41,493 nt of DNA, from NCBI GenBank assembly GCA_902803395.1, contig CADCPQ010000138.1:1-41493 (forward strand), in the 5' to 3' direction. Every line of letters starts with the position of its first letter. The first letter of the stretch is position 1. A program made the position numbers and the translations under genes. The notes beneath the pieces are model-generated. The model was not told where the DNA came from. It worked only from the letters and a program-made list of their open reading frames with translations, and did not search any database. Positions 18,611-26,047 of this stretch are shown piece after piece. Source of the DNA: an uncultured Bacteroidota bacterium. GTDB lineage: Bacteria; Bacteroidota; Bacteroidia; Bacteroidales; P3.

Positions 18611-19222
18611 TCAGTCAGAGAACTTTTTGTGGCGACCGCCACGATAGAAATGTTTTGTCCAGTATGTGTCGGTCAGACGGCTGATGGAAACGCCGTTGGA
18701 GGTCGACGAGTGGGCGAATAGACCCTCCTTGAGGTAAATGCCGACGTGCGAAACCTTGCCCTTGCTGTTGGTGAAGAACAGCAAGTCGCCTTCACGCAGG
18801 CGGTCGCGGTCGATGAGGCGGACATCCTGCTGCATATCGTTGGCGGTGCGGCGCAGCGTCAAGCCGTACACCTCTTTATATATAACGCCCACGAAGGCCG
18901 AGCAGTCGATGCCGTCGCGTGTGGTGCCGCCGTATTTGTAAGGGACGCCAATCCACGAGCCGATGGTTTCGTAGAGTTTGGTGTTGTCGGAAGCATTGTA
19001 GGACAGGCCGAGGGGGTTGGTTTTGGCTTTTTCGGCCTTGCCGTTCTGTTTTTGCACGGGCTTCACCGCCACAGGGGTTTCGGCGACATATTCGTCTTCA
19101 TACAGTTTGCCGATGATGAAATCCTCCTCCTCGAGGTCCTTGGCCATGAAGTTCCTCAAGGTTTCGCAGCCCGAAAACATCACCGAGGCCGCAAAGATGA
19201 TATAAATAATTGCGCGCCTCAT
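18611..19222 (-). CDS. NlpC/P60 (C40) family cell-wall peptidase lipoprotein
   Basis: There is a lipobox (MFSGC). The catalytic region reads GVPYKYGGTTRDGIDCSAFVGVIY...GDLLFF...VSHVGIY. Confidence 0.9.
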   Translation of the reverse strand: MRRAIIYIIFAASVMFSGCETLRNFMAKDLEEEDFIIGKLYEDEYVAETPVAVKPVQKQNGKAEKAKTNPLGLSYNASDNTKLYETIGSWIGVPYKYGGTTRDGIDCSAFVGVIYKEVYGLTLRRTANDMQQDVRLIDRDRLREGDLLFFTNSKGKVSHVGIYLKEGLFAHSSTSNGVSISRLTDTYWTKHFYRGGRHKKFSD

Positions 19223-19524
19223 TTCCGTTTGTCTTTTATTACGTAAATATCCTCGTCGCTGCGCTTCATGTAGTAGTTCTCGCGGCCATAGCGTTCGAGC
19301 GCGTCGAGGTCGTTGCGCAAAGCAACGGCTCTCAGGCTGTCGGCCACCATGTCGTCGCGAAGCTGTTTCTCCTCAGCCTTCAAAGCATTGACCTGCTTGC
19401 TGACGCGGCGGGTGTCCATCAGGTTGTACTCGTCGAAAAACAGCAGCACGAGCAGGAATATTATCGTGGCCAGCACATATTTGTTGCGGACGACCTTCCA
19501 TATTTTGAGTAATACTTCTTTCAT
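19219..19524 (-). CDS. Septum formation initiator family protein (FtsB/DivIC-like)
   Basis: 101 aa with a single N-terminal TM helix, a coiled coil and a C-terminal ERYGRENYYMKRSDEDIYV motif typical of the family. An ATGA overlap joins it to nlpC. Confidence 0.75.
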   Translation of the reverse strand: MKEVLLKIWKVVRNKYVLATIIFLLVLLFFDEYNLMDTRRVSKQVNALKAEEKQLRDDMVADSLRAVALRNDLDALERYGRENYYMKRSDEDIYVIKDKRK

Positions 19525-19556
19525 AATGCTTGTTGATGAGGATGAAGCTATGACGA

Positions 19557-20798
19557 TTATTTGATTTTCAGTTTCTGGCCGACGCGGATGCGGTCCGACG
19601 ACATACCGTTGCGTTTCTTGAGGGTGGCCACGCTGATGCCGTGTTTGGAGGCGATTTTCGACAGGGTGTCGCCTTTGCGCACCGTGTAGTAGACCTTGCC
19701 ACCTGATGTGTGGGTGCCGCCGGCGGGCTTGGTGAGCTTGACGGGCTTGCGCGTGACCGAATCGCGGGTGTGGGCGTAGATGGAATCCTCGGCGGCGATA
19801 AAATCCTTGATTTTGCCGGTCGGCAGGCAGAGCGAATAGTTGCCCGACGAGGCCGGGATGAAATCGGCGCGGTATTGCGGATTGAGGGTGCGCAGCTCGT
19901 CGATGTCGATGCCGGTGTACTGGCTCACGTAATGGAACAGCACATCGTCGTGGACCATCAGGGTGTCGCTATGTATCGGGAGGTTGATTTTGCTGCATTT
20001 GAGGCCGTGGTCGGTGTAGAAATTCATCACGTAAGTGGCGGCGATGAAAGCGGGTATATAGCCGCGGGTCTCACGTGGCAGGTAGTAGTAAATCTCCCAA
20101 AAATCGCGTTTGCCTCCCGAACGGGCTATGGCCTTGTTGATGTTGCCGGGGCCACAGTTGTAGGCCGCTATGGCCAGCGTCCAGTCGTTGAACACGGTGT
20201 GCAGGTCGCTCAGGAAATGCGCTGCGGCGACAGTTGACTTGTAAGGGTCGCGGCGGTCGTCGACGATGGAATTGACCTCAAGGTCGTAACTCTTGCCGGT
20301 GGTGTACATGAACTGCCAAAGGCCAGCGGCACCGACACGCGAAGTTGCCATGGGGTTCATGGCCGACTCGACGATGGTGAGGTATTTCAGTTCCTCGGGC
20401 ACGTCGTAGCGGTTCAGCACCTCCTCGAACATGGGGTGATAATACTCGCAAAGGGTCTGCATCACATCCAAGCGGGTCGACATACGGTTGAGGTACATCC
20501 GGATGTAGGAGCGGACCTCGTCGTTGAAAGTCATGGGTATAACGGTGTGCAGCGAATTGAGACGCGAGATGATGACCGAATCGGGCACCTGGCTGAAATC
20601 CTGCGCCCCGATAGTGTGGTTGCGATGAGAATGATTGCGGGCGTAGCGGCGCATATAGTAGCTGTTGAGCAGGCTGTCGTAGGATTCATTGTACTGGCGC
20701 ATTATAGCGTCGGCCTCCGGCTCGGTCTGAGCGGTCGCCGGCAGGGCAAAAAACGCCACAATCACGCACAATGATATTTTCAGTATTCGAAATTGCAT
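19557..20798 (-). CDS. Membrane-bound lytic murein transglycosylase (SLT domain + C-terminal LysM), MltD-like
   Basis: The SLT motif is ESAMNP...AAGLWQFMYTTG and the C-terminal LysM is YYTVRKGDTLSKIASKHGISVATLKKRN. I place the start at MQFRILKISLCVIVAFFALPATAQ (20798), which yields a signal peptide. The ORF-track start 20906 lies upstream of a -7 box. Confidence 0.85.
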   Translation of the reverse strand: MQFRILKISLCVIVAFFALPATAQTEPEADAIMRQYNESYDSLLNSYYMRRYARNHSHRNHTIGAQDFSQVPDSVIISRLNSLHTVIPMTFNDEVRSYIRMYLNRMSTRLDVMQTLCEYYHPMFEEVLNRYDVPEELKYLTIVESAMNPMATSRVGAAGLWQFMYTTGKSYDLEVNSIVDDRRDPYKSTVAAAHFLSDLHTVFNDWTLAIAAYNCGPGNINKAIARSGGKRDFWEIYYYLPRETRGYIPAFIAATYVMNFYTDHGLKCSKINLPIHSDTLMVHDDVLFHYVSQYTGIDIDELRTLNPQYRADFIPASSGNYSLCLPTGKIKDFIAAEDSIYAHTRDSVTRKPVKLTKPAGGTHTSGGKVYYTVRKGDTLSKIASKHGISVATLKKRNGMSSDRIRVGQKLKIK

Positions 20799-20810
20799 AA
20801 AACAATAACG

Positions 20811-20818
20811 CAAAAATA
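20811..20818 (-). promoter_or_regulatory. -7 promoter box (TATTTTTG) for the mltD-ftsB-nlpC block
   Basis: The minus strand reads TATTTTTG (TAnnTTTG), 13 nt upstream of the ATG at 20798. Confidence 0.4.
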
Positions 20819-20975
20819 AGGATAAAAGTATATAAAAAGGCGAAAAAAAATATTTTTTTTTCAAGTCAAAAAAAATATCAACCATAACGCTTTGATATTT
20901 CGCCAATTAACAAATCTCATCTCAAAATATGGAAAAACTTTCGTTTTTGCCTGTTGCGGAACCAAAAAAAATAAC

Positions 20976-20983
20976 TATCTTTG
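20976..20983 (+). promoter_or_regulatory. -7 promoter box (TATCTTTG) for trxA
   Basis: TATCTTTG matches TAnnTTTG, 40 nt upstream of the trxA ATG. Confidence 0.5.
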
Positions 20984-21022
20984 TACAAAACTTAAATACA
21001 TAAACAAATAGCATAAATAATT

Positions 21023-21337
21023 ATGGCACACACAGTTACAGAAGCAAACTTCAACGAGATTATTAACTCCGGCAAGCCTGCCATGGTCGATTTCGGCGCC
21101 ACCTGGTGCGGACCCTGCAAGGCTCTGGCCCCCATTGTCGAGGAAATAGCCGCCGAATATGAAGGCCGCGTGATGGTCGGTACCGCCGACGTCGACGAAT
21201 GCAGCGACCTCGCCGCCCAGTTCCGTATCCGCAACGTCCCGACAGTCCTTTTCTTCAAAGACGGCAACGCTGTCGACAAAAGTGTCGGCCTCGTCTCCAA
21301 AAACACCCTCACCGAAAAAATCAACGCCCTGCTGTAG
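21023..21337 (+). CDS. trxA: Thioredoxin
   Basis: 104 aa with the WCGPC active site and FRIRNVPTVLFFKDG. Confidence 0.95.
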   Translation: MAHTVTEANFNEIINSGKPAMVDFGATWCGPCKALAPIVEEIAAEYEGRVMVGTADVDECSDLAAQFRIRNVPTVLFFKDGNAVDKSVGLVSKNTLTEKINALL

Positions 21338-21353
21338 TAGCTCTCTCCGCTGA

Positions 21354-22283
21354 ATGTTTGAAGAACTCGAAAGATACAAATCGCTCGACTTTTTTGCACG
21401 GCAAGTTGTCGAAGGTTTCATCACAGGCCTGCATAGAAGTCCGTTCCACGGTTTCTCTGTCGAGTTTTCCGAGCACAGACAGTACAATAACGGCGAATCG
21501 ACCCGTAACATCGACTGGAAACTCTACGGCCGCACCGACAAACTGTTTGTCAAGACCTTCGAGGAAGAAACAAACCTGCGTTGCCAACTGATAATCGACC
21601 AAAGCGGCTCGATGTTTTTCCCCGTCGAGGGACAAGGTGATTTGAAACACCCAAACAAGCTGACTTTCAGTGTCTATGCCACCGCGGCATTGACGGAATT
21701 GCTTTTGCGTCAACGCGACGCTTTCGGGCTCACTTTGTTCAGCGACCATATCGACCTCAGCACCCCGACTCGCAGTAGCCGAACTCATCAGCAATACATT
21801 TATTCGCTGCTCGAACCGCTACTCAAACCTGTCAACGCCGACGACAAACGCAAATCGACAGCCTCGGTGGCCGAATCGCTTCATCTCACTGCCGAACAAT
21901 TACATCGCCGCTCCATGGTGATTATCTTCACCGACGCTTTTGTCGGCACTGAAAAGGAACGCGACGAGTTGTTCGACGCTTTGCGCCATCTCCGCCATTG
22001 TAAGCATGAGGTGTTGTTTTTCCACACTTTCGAACTTGCCCGGGAGCTTGATTTTGAGTTCGACAACCGCCCTCACATATTCATTGACCTCGAAACCGGA
22101 CAACGGCTGAAAGTGCAACCAGCGGAAGTGGCCGAAACCTATCGCAGCGAAATGCATCGCCAACAATCGGAACTGAAACAACGCGCTATTCAATATAATA
22201 TAGATTATCAGCCTGTCGATGTGGGACGCGGTTTCGACCAAATCCTAATGCCGTTCCTAATCAAACGCCAACGAGAGAAATAA
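21354..22283 (+). CDS. DUF58 domain protein (vWA-like, normally MoxR-associated)
   Basis: GLHRSPFHGFSVEFSEHRQY...DWKLYGRTDKLFVKTFEEE is the canonical DUF58 core. Confidence 0.85.
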   Translation: MFEELERYKSLDFFARQVVEGFITGLHRSPFHGFSVEFSEHRQYNNGESTRNIDWKLYGRTDKLFVKTFEEETNLRCQLIIDQSGSMFFPVEGQGDLKHPNKLTFSVYATAALTELLLRQRDAFGLTLFSDHIDLSTPTRSSRTHQQYIYSLLEPLLKPVNADDKRKSTASVAESLHLTAEQLHRRSMVIIFTDAFVGTEKERDELFDALRHLRHCKHEVLFFHTFELARELDFEFDNRPHIFIDLETGQRLKVQPAEVAETYRSEMHRQQSELKQRAIQYNIDYQPVDVGRGFDQILMPFLIKRQREK

Positions 22284-22347
22284 CGATGCGACCGCAAAAA
22301 TATTTCATTTTTTTTGTTAAAAAAACTAAAAAATCAAAAAAAAATAG

Positions 22348-22355
22348 TATCTTTG
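22348..22355 (+). promoter_or_regulatory. -7 promoter box (TATCTTTG) for buk
   Basis: TATCTTTG matches TAnnTTTG, 48 nt upstream of the ATG at 22403. Confidence 0.5.
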
Positions 22356-22402
22356 CACCTGATTTTAACGATAAAAAATAACAAAAATAATACACATAAA
22401 CC

Positions 22403-23494
22403 ATGAGCAACAAGAAGTATACATTGGTCATCAACCCCGGTGCAACCTCCACCAAAGCAGCTGTTTACGAAGGCGAAACCGAAGTCTTCACCGAAAATCT
22501 CTCCCACCAGATTGAGGAGATTCAGAAGTACAAAGAAGTGGCCGACCAGTTCGACTACCGCAAAGGAGCCATCCTCGATATGCTCAAACGTCACGGCATT
22601 GGAACAGATACCATCGCGATTGTAATGGGTCGCGGCGGCCTCACCCGTCCTTGCGAAAGCGGTTGCTACCGTGTCAACGACCTCATGAAAGAAGAATGCC
22701 ACGCCGGTATCCAAGGCAAACATGCCTGCAATCTTGGCGCACTCATCAGCGATGCCATTGCACGTGAAATAGGTCTCGAATGTGCCTATATTGCCGACCC
22801 CGGCATTGTCGATGAACGTCCTGAGTTTGCAAAAATAAGCGGACATCCTGTTTTCGACCTCGACCCCAGCCGCGAAGGCGTTATTTGGCACTGCCTCAAC
22901 CAGAAAATGACCGCAAAACTTTACGCTCGCGAACTTGGCAAGCACTACGAAGACCTCAACCTCATCATCGCCCACATGGGTGGCGGTGTCAGCGTGGGTG
23001 TTCATGAGCACGGCCGTGTCACTGAAGTCAACCGCGCCCTCTGCGGTCTCGGTGCCTTCTCGCCAACCCGTTGTGGCTCCATCAATGCCTCCAAACTTAT
23101 AGAGGTTGCTTGCAGCGGCAAATACGACGAAGCCAAATTGAAAAAGATGGTCACTGCCGAAGGTGGTTTCGTGGCTTACCTTGGCACTAACGATGCCTAC
23201 GAGGTTGAAAAGAAAGCCCTTGCCGGCGACAAGAAATGCCAGTTGCTGGTTGATGCCTTCACTTATCAGGTTTCTATGGAAATCAGCCGTTTGGCTGCTG
23301 TCGTCAAAGGTAAAGTCGACGCCATAATCCTCACCGGCGGCATAGCCTACAGCAAACCCTGGATGCAGATGATAATCGATCGCGTTGGCTGGATTGCCCC
23401 TGTCAAGATTTATAAAGGTGAAAACGAGATGCTTGCACTCGCCATCTGCGGAAAAGAAGTTCTCGATGGAATCCCTGCAAAAGAATACAAATAA
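22403..23494 (+). CDS. buk: Butyrate kinase (acetate/propionate/butyrate kinase family)
   Basis: LVINPGATSTKAAVYEG at the N-terminus, IAHMGGGVSVG, ILTGGIAYS and a ~360-aa size fit butyrate kinase. Confidence 0.88.
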   Translation: MSNKKYTLVINPGATSTKAAVYEGETEVFTENLSHQIEEIQKYKEVADQFDYRKGAILDMLKRHGIGTDTIAIVMGRGGLTRPCESGCYRVNDLMKEECHAGIQGKHACNLGALISDAIAREIGLECAYIADPGIVDERPEFAKISGHPVFDLDPSREGVIWHCLNQKMTAKLYARELGKHYEDLNLIIAHMGGGVSVGVHEHGRVTEVNRALCGLGAFSPTRCGSINASKLIEVACSGKYDEAKLKKMVTAEGGFVAYLGTNDAYEVEKKALAGDKKCQLLVDAFTYQVSMEISRLAAVVKGKVDAIILTGGIAYSKPWMQMIIDRVGWIAPVKIYKGENEMLALAICGKEVLDGIPAKEYK

Positions 23495-23497
23495 ACA

Positions 23498-24310
23498 ATG
23501 AAAAAATCAATCATCATTGCTGCCTGCGCACTCATTTGTTCGCAGGCAGCCTTTGCACAAGACGTTACTATCAAACGTGGAAAAGCAACCATGACGGAAG
23601 CCCAGTACAATGAGCTCCGTGCAAAAGCCGAGGCTTACGACAAACTTAAAGTCCAGTTTGACGAGTCACAACAAAAGCTTAAAAAAGCTGAAGCCGGTGT
23701 CGCGATTAAGTCTTTTAACGATTCGGCCTCGTATGCCATTGGACGAGAAGTGTCTATGGGCTGGACCTCGCAGAAAATCGGAATCAATCTCGAAGCGGCT
23801 GCACAGTCGATGCTGGATTTCGCTCACGGCAAAAACTTTTTGACCGACGCAACCGCACAGCCTCTGCTGCAGCGTTTCCAGATGGAATTCGAACGTCGTC
23901 AAAACCCTGATGCCGAGAAGAATATAGCCGACGGCGAGGCTTATTTGAAAATGATTTCAAACAATAAGTCGGTCTATACCACCGCCAGCGGCCTTAAATA
24001 TCAGCGTATCAAAGCTGGTAACGGCAAACACCCGAAAGCCACCGACCGCGTCAAAGTCCACTATACCGGTACCCTTATCAACGGTACCAAGTTCGACAGC
24101 AGTAAAGACCGCGGCGAACCCGTTACATTTGCCCTCAATCAGGTCATTCCCGGCTGGACCGAAGGATTGCAGATTATGGATGAAGGCTCCGTATATAAAC
24201 TCTACATCCCTTACAACCTCGGCTACGGCACACGCCAGCAAGGCTCAATCCCAGCCGGTTCGACACTGATTTTTGAAGTCGAACTGATTGAAATCAACCC
24301 CACGCGATGA
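23498..24310 (+). CDS. FKBP-type peptidyl-prolyl cis-trans isomerase, Mip/FkpA-like, secreted
   Basis: It has a signal peptide, a helical N-domain and a C-terminal FKBP core: VKVHYTGTLINGTKFDSS...VIPGWTEGLQIM...LGYG. Confidence 0.9.
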   Translation: MKKSIIIAACALICSQAAFAQDVTIKRGKATMTEAQYNELRAKAEAYDKLKVQFDESQQKLKKAEAGVAIKSFNDSASYAIGREVSMGWTSQKIGINLEAAAQSMLDFAHGKNFLTDATAQPLLQRFQMEFERRQNPDAEKNIADGEAYLKMISNNKSVYTTASGLKYQRIKAGNGKHPKATDRVKVHYTGTLINGTKFDSSKDRGEPVTFALNQVIPGWTEGLQIMDEGSVYKLYIPYNLGYGTRQQGSIPAGSTLIFEVELIEINPTR

Positions 24311-25236
24311 ACACGTTGGGCCATAATTTCCGTTTAACAACTTTCGGCGAGTCTCACGGGCTCGCCGTTGGTGGTATTATTGATGGATGTCCCGCAAACA
24401 TCAAGTTGGATTTTGATGCCATCGAGGCCGAGTTGGCACGTCGTCGCGGAGGCAATGACGAAACCACTCAGCGCCAAGAACCTGACAAGGTCGATTTTCT
24501 GTCTGGATTGCTCAACGGTATCACTCTCGGTACCCCTATTGCTTTTATTATAAAGAATAGCGACGCTCGACCTGGGGACTACGAATGCTTGCGTGAATAT
24601 TGCCGCCCCGGACACGCCGACTTCACCTATCAGGCTCGCTACGGCATACACGACCATCGCGGCGGCGGACGTAGTTCGGGACGCGAAACAGTGGCTCGCG
24701 TTGTCGCTGGAGCCATATCCAAGCAGATACTTAAAAATCAGAATATTAATATCGCCGCAACGGTTGACAGTCTCGCTCCGCAAAAGCCCGACGATACTCG
24801 CGGAGGCGTGATTTCGTGCCGTGTCGACGGACTTCGTGCCGGCATAGGCAACCCCGTTTTTGGTCGTCTTAACGCCGCGCTTGCGTTCGCTGCTATGAGT
24901 ATTCCTTCAGCAACAGCCTTCGAGATGGGCATTGGAACAGCCGCATCCACAATGACGGGGAGCGAATATGTCGACCAATGGCTCCCCGACGGCCACACTG
25001 TCACCAATCACTGCGGCGGCATTCAAGGCGGAATCAGCAACGGTATGCCAATCGAATTCCGGGTACACTTTCATGCAGCCCCTACCCTGCCTCGTCCTAT
25101 TGATTGCCTGAGCTCCGACGGCAAAATTTCAACCATCGAAGTCAAAGGTCGACACGACCTGTGCCATATCCACCGCCTGCCAGTAGTGGTCGAAGCGATG
25201 ACGGCATTGACAATAATTGATTTTTTAAACACTTGA
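24307..25236 (+). CDS. aroC: Chorismate synthase (unusually compact, 309 aa)
   Basis: FRLTTFGESHG, RPGHADFTY, RGGGRSSGRET, GGIQGGISNG and KGRHD motifs are all present. ATGA overlaps join it to both neighbours. Confidence 0.85.
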   Translation: MNTLGHNFRLTTFGESHGLAVGGIIDGCPANIKLDFDAIEAELARRRGGNDETTQRQEPDKVDFLSGLLNGITLGTPIAFIIKNSDARPGDYECLREYCRPGHADFTYQARYGIHDHRGGGRSSGRETVARVVAGAISKQILKNQNINIAATVDSLAPQKPDDTRGGVISCRVDGLRAGIGNPVFGRLNAALAFAAMSIPSATAFEMGIGTAASTMTGSEYVDQWLPDGHTVTNHCGGIQGGISNGMPIEFRVHFHAAPTLPRPIDCLSSDGKISTIEVKGRHDLCHIHRLPVVVEAMTALTIIDFLNT

Positions 25237-25991
25237 AAATGAAAACAAACCGCACCATTATCATTTTGGCCATTTTTGTGGCAATATTTTTTTCGGCCTG
25301 CGATAAAAACAGTTTCACAATTAGAGGAACTCTCGAAAATGGAGCTAACAAAACCATCTATCTGGAAGAATTGACTCCCGAAGGTACTCTGTTTATCGAC
25401 TCCATCAAACTCGACAACCAAGGTCACTTCAAGTATAGCTACAAGATGCCGTACCAAAGCCTCTACAACCTTCACACAACTGCCGACAACTACATCATCC
25501 TTTTGCCCGACTACGGCGAAAAAATCGACATCACAGGCGATTATCGCAATTTGTCGATGACTTACAATGTTACAGGCTCGCCGCAATCAATCCTGCTGTG
25601 GCAGCTGCAGGACTACACCAACGACGGCTCGCGCTTGATTATCGAACTCGTCGACACCACCAATTACTACAAACAGCTGCAAGCCGACGGACTTGCAACC
25701 GAGGCTCAGGTCAAGGCCAAAAAAGCCGAAACCGACTCGATTTACCGTCTGGCCTTTACCGCCCAACAGGACTATGTGTGCCGTTTTATCGAGGAAAACC
25801 CCGGCTCGTTGGCAACGTTGATAGCGCTATACAAACCGTTCAACAACCGTCCACTGATAGCGCCGGAAAGCAACTTCGACTACTACGAGTTTGTGCTCGA
25901 CGGCTTGCAGGAACGGCAGCCCGACAATCCCCACACCATCCACTTCAAAAACACCGTCGAGCGGATGCGTTTCCAGTTGTCGCAGCAATAA
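25233..25991 (+). CDS. Lipoprotein with an N-terminal DUF4369-like domain; no thioredoxin-fold or CxxC part
   Basis: There is a lipobox (FFSAC). FTIRGTLENGANKTIYLEEL...IDSIKLDNQGHFKY resembles the DUF4369 N-domain of Bacteroidetes TlpA-like proteins. No CxxC motif is present. Confidence 0.45.
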   Translation: MKMKTNRTIIILAIFVAIFFSACDKNSFTIRGTLENGANKTIYLEELTPEGTLFIDSIKLDNQGHFKYSYKMPYQSLYNLHTTADNYIILLPDYGEKIDITGDYRNLSMTYNVTGSPQSILLWQLQDYTNDGSRLIIELVDTTNYYKQLQADGLATEAQVKAKKAETDSIYRLAFTAQQDYVCRFIEENPGSLATLIALYKPFNNRPLIAPESNFDYYEFVLDGLQERQPDNPHTIHFKNTVERMRFQLSQQ

Positions 25992-26020
25992 AAAAATTAT
26001 GAATTTCTATTTTTTATTCG

Positions 26021-26028
26021 TAACTTTG
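26021..26028 (+). promoter_or_regulatory. -7 promoter box (TAACTTTG) for the C25 peptidase gene
   Basis: TAACTTTG matches TAnnTTTG, 20 nt upstream of the ATG at 26048. Confidence 0.45.
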
Positions 26029-26047
26029 CACAAATAATTTTACGAAA

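Noticed and set aside
18512-18721. A 69-aa ORF starting inside repeat copy B and running antisense into nlpC.
   Set aside because: Its N-terminal part is the repeat element itself and the rest is antisense to a solid NlpC/P60 CDS. The equivalent positions in copies A and C are not open in the same frame.
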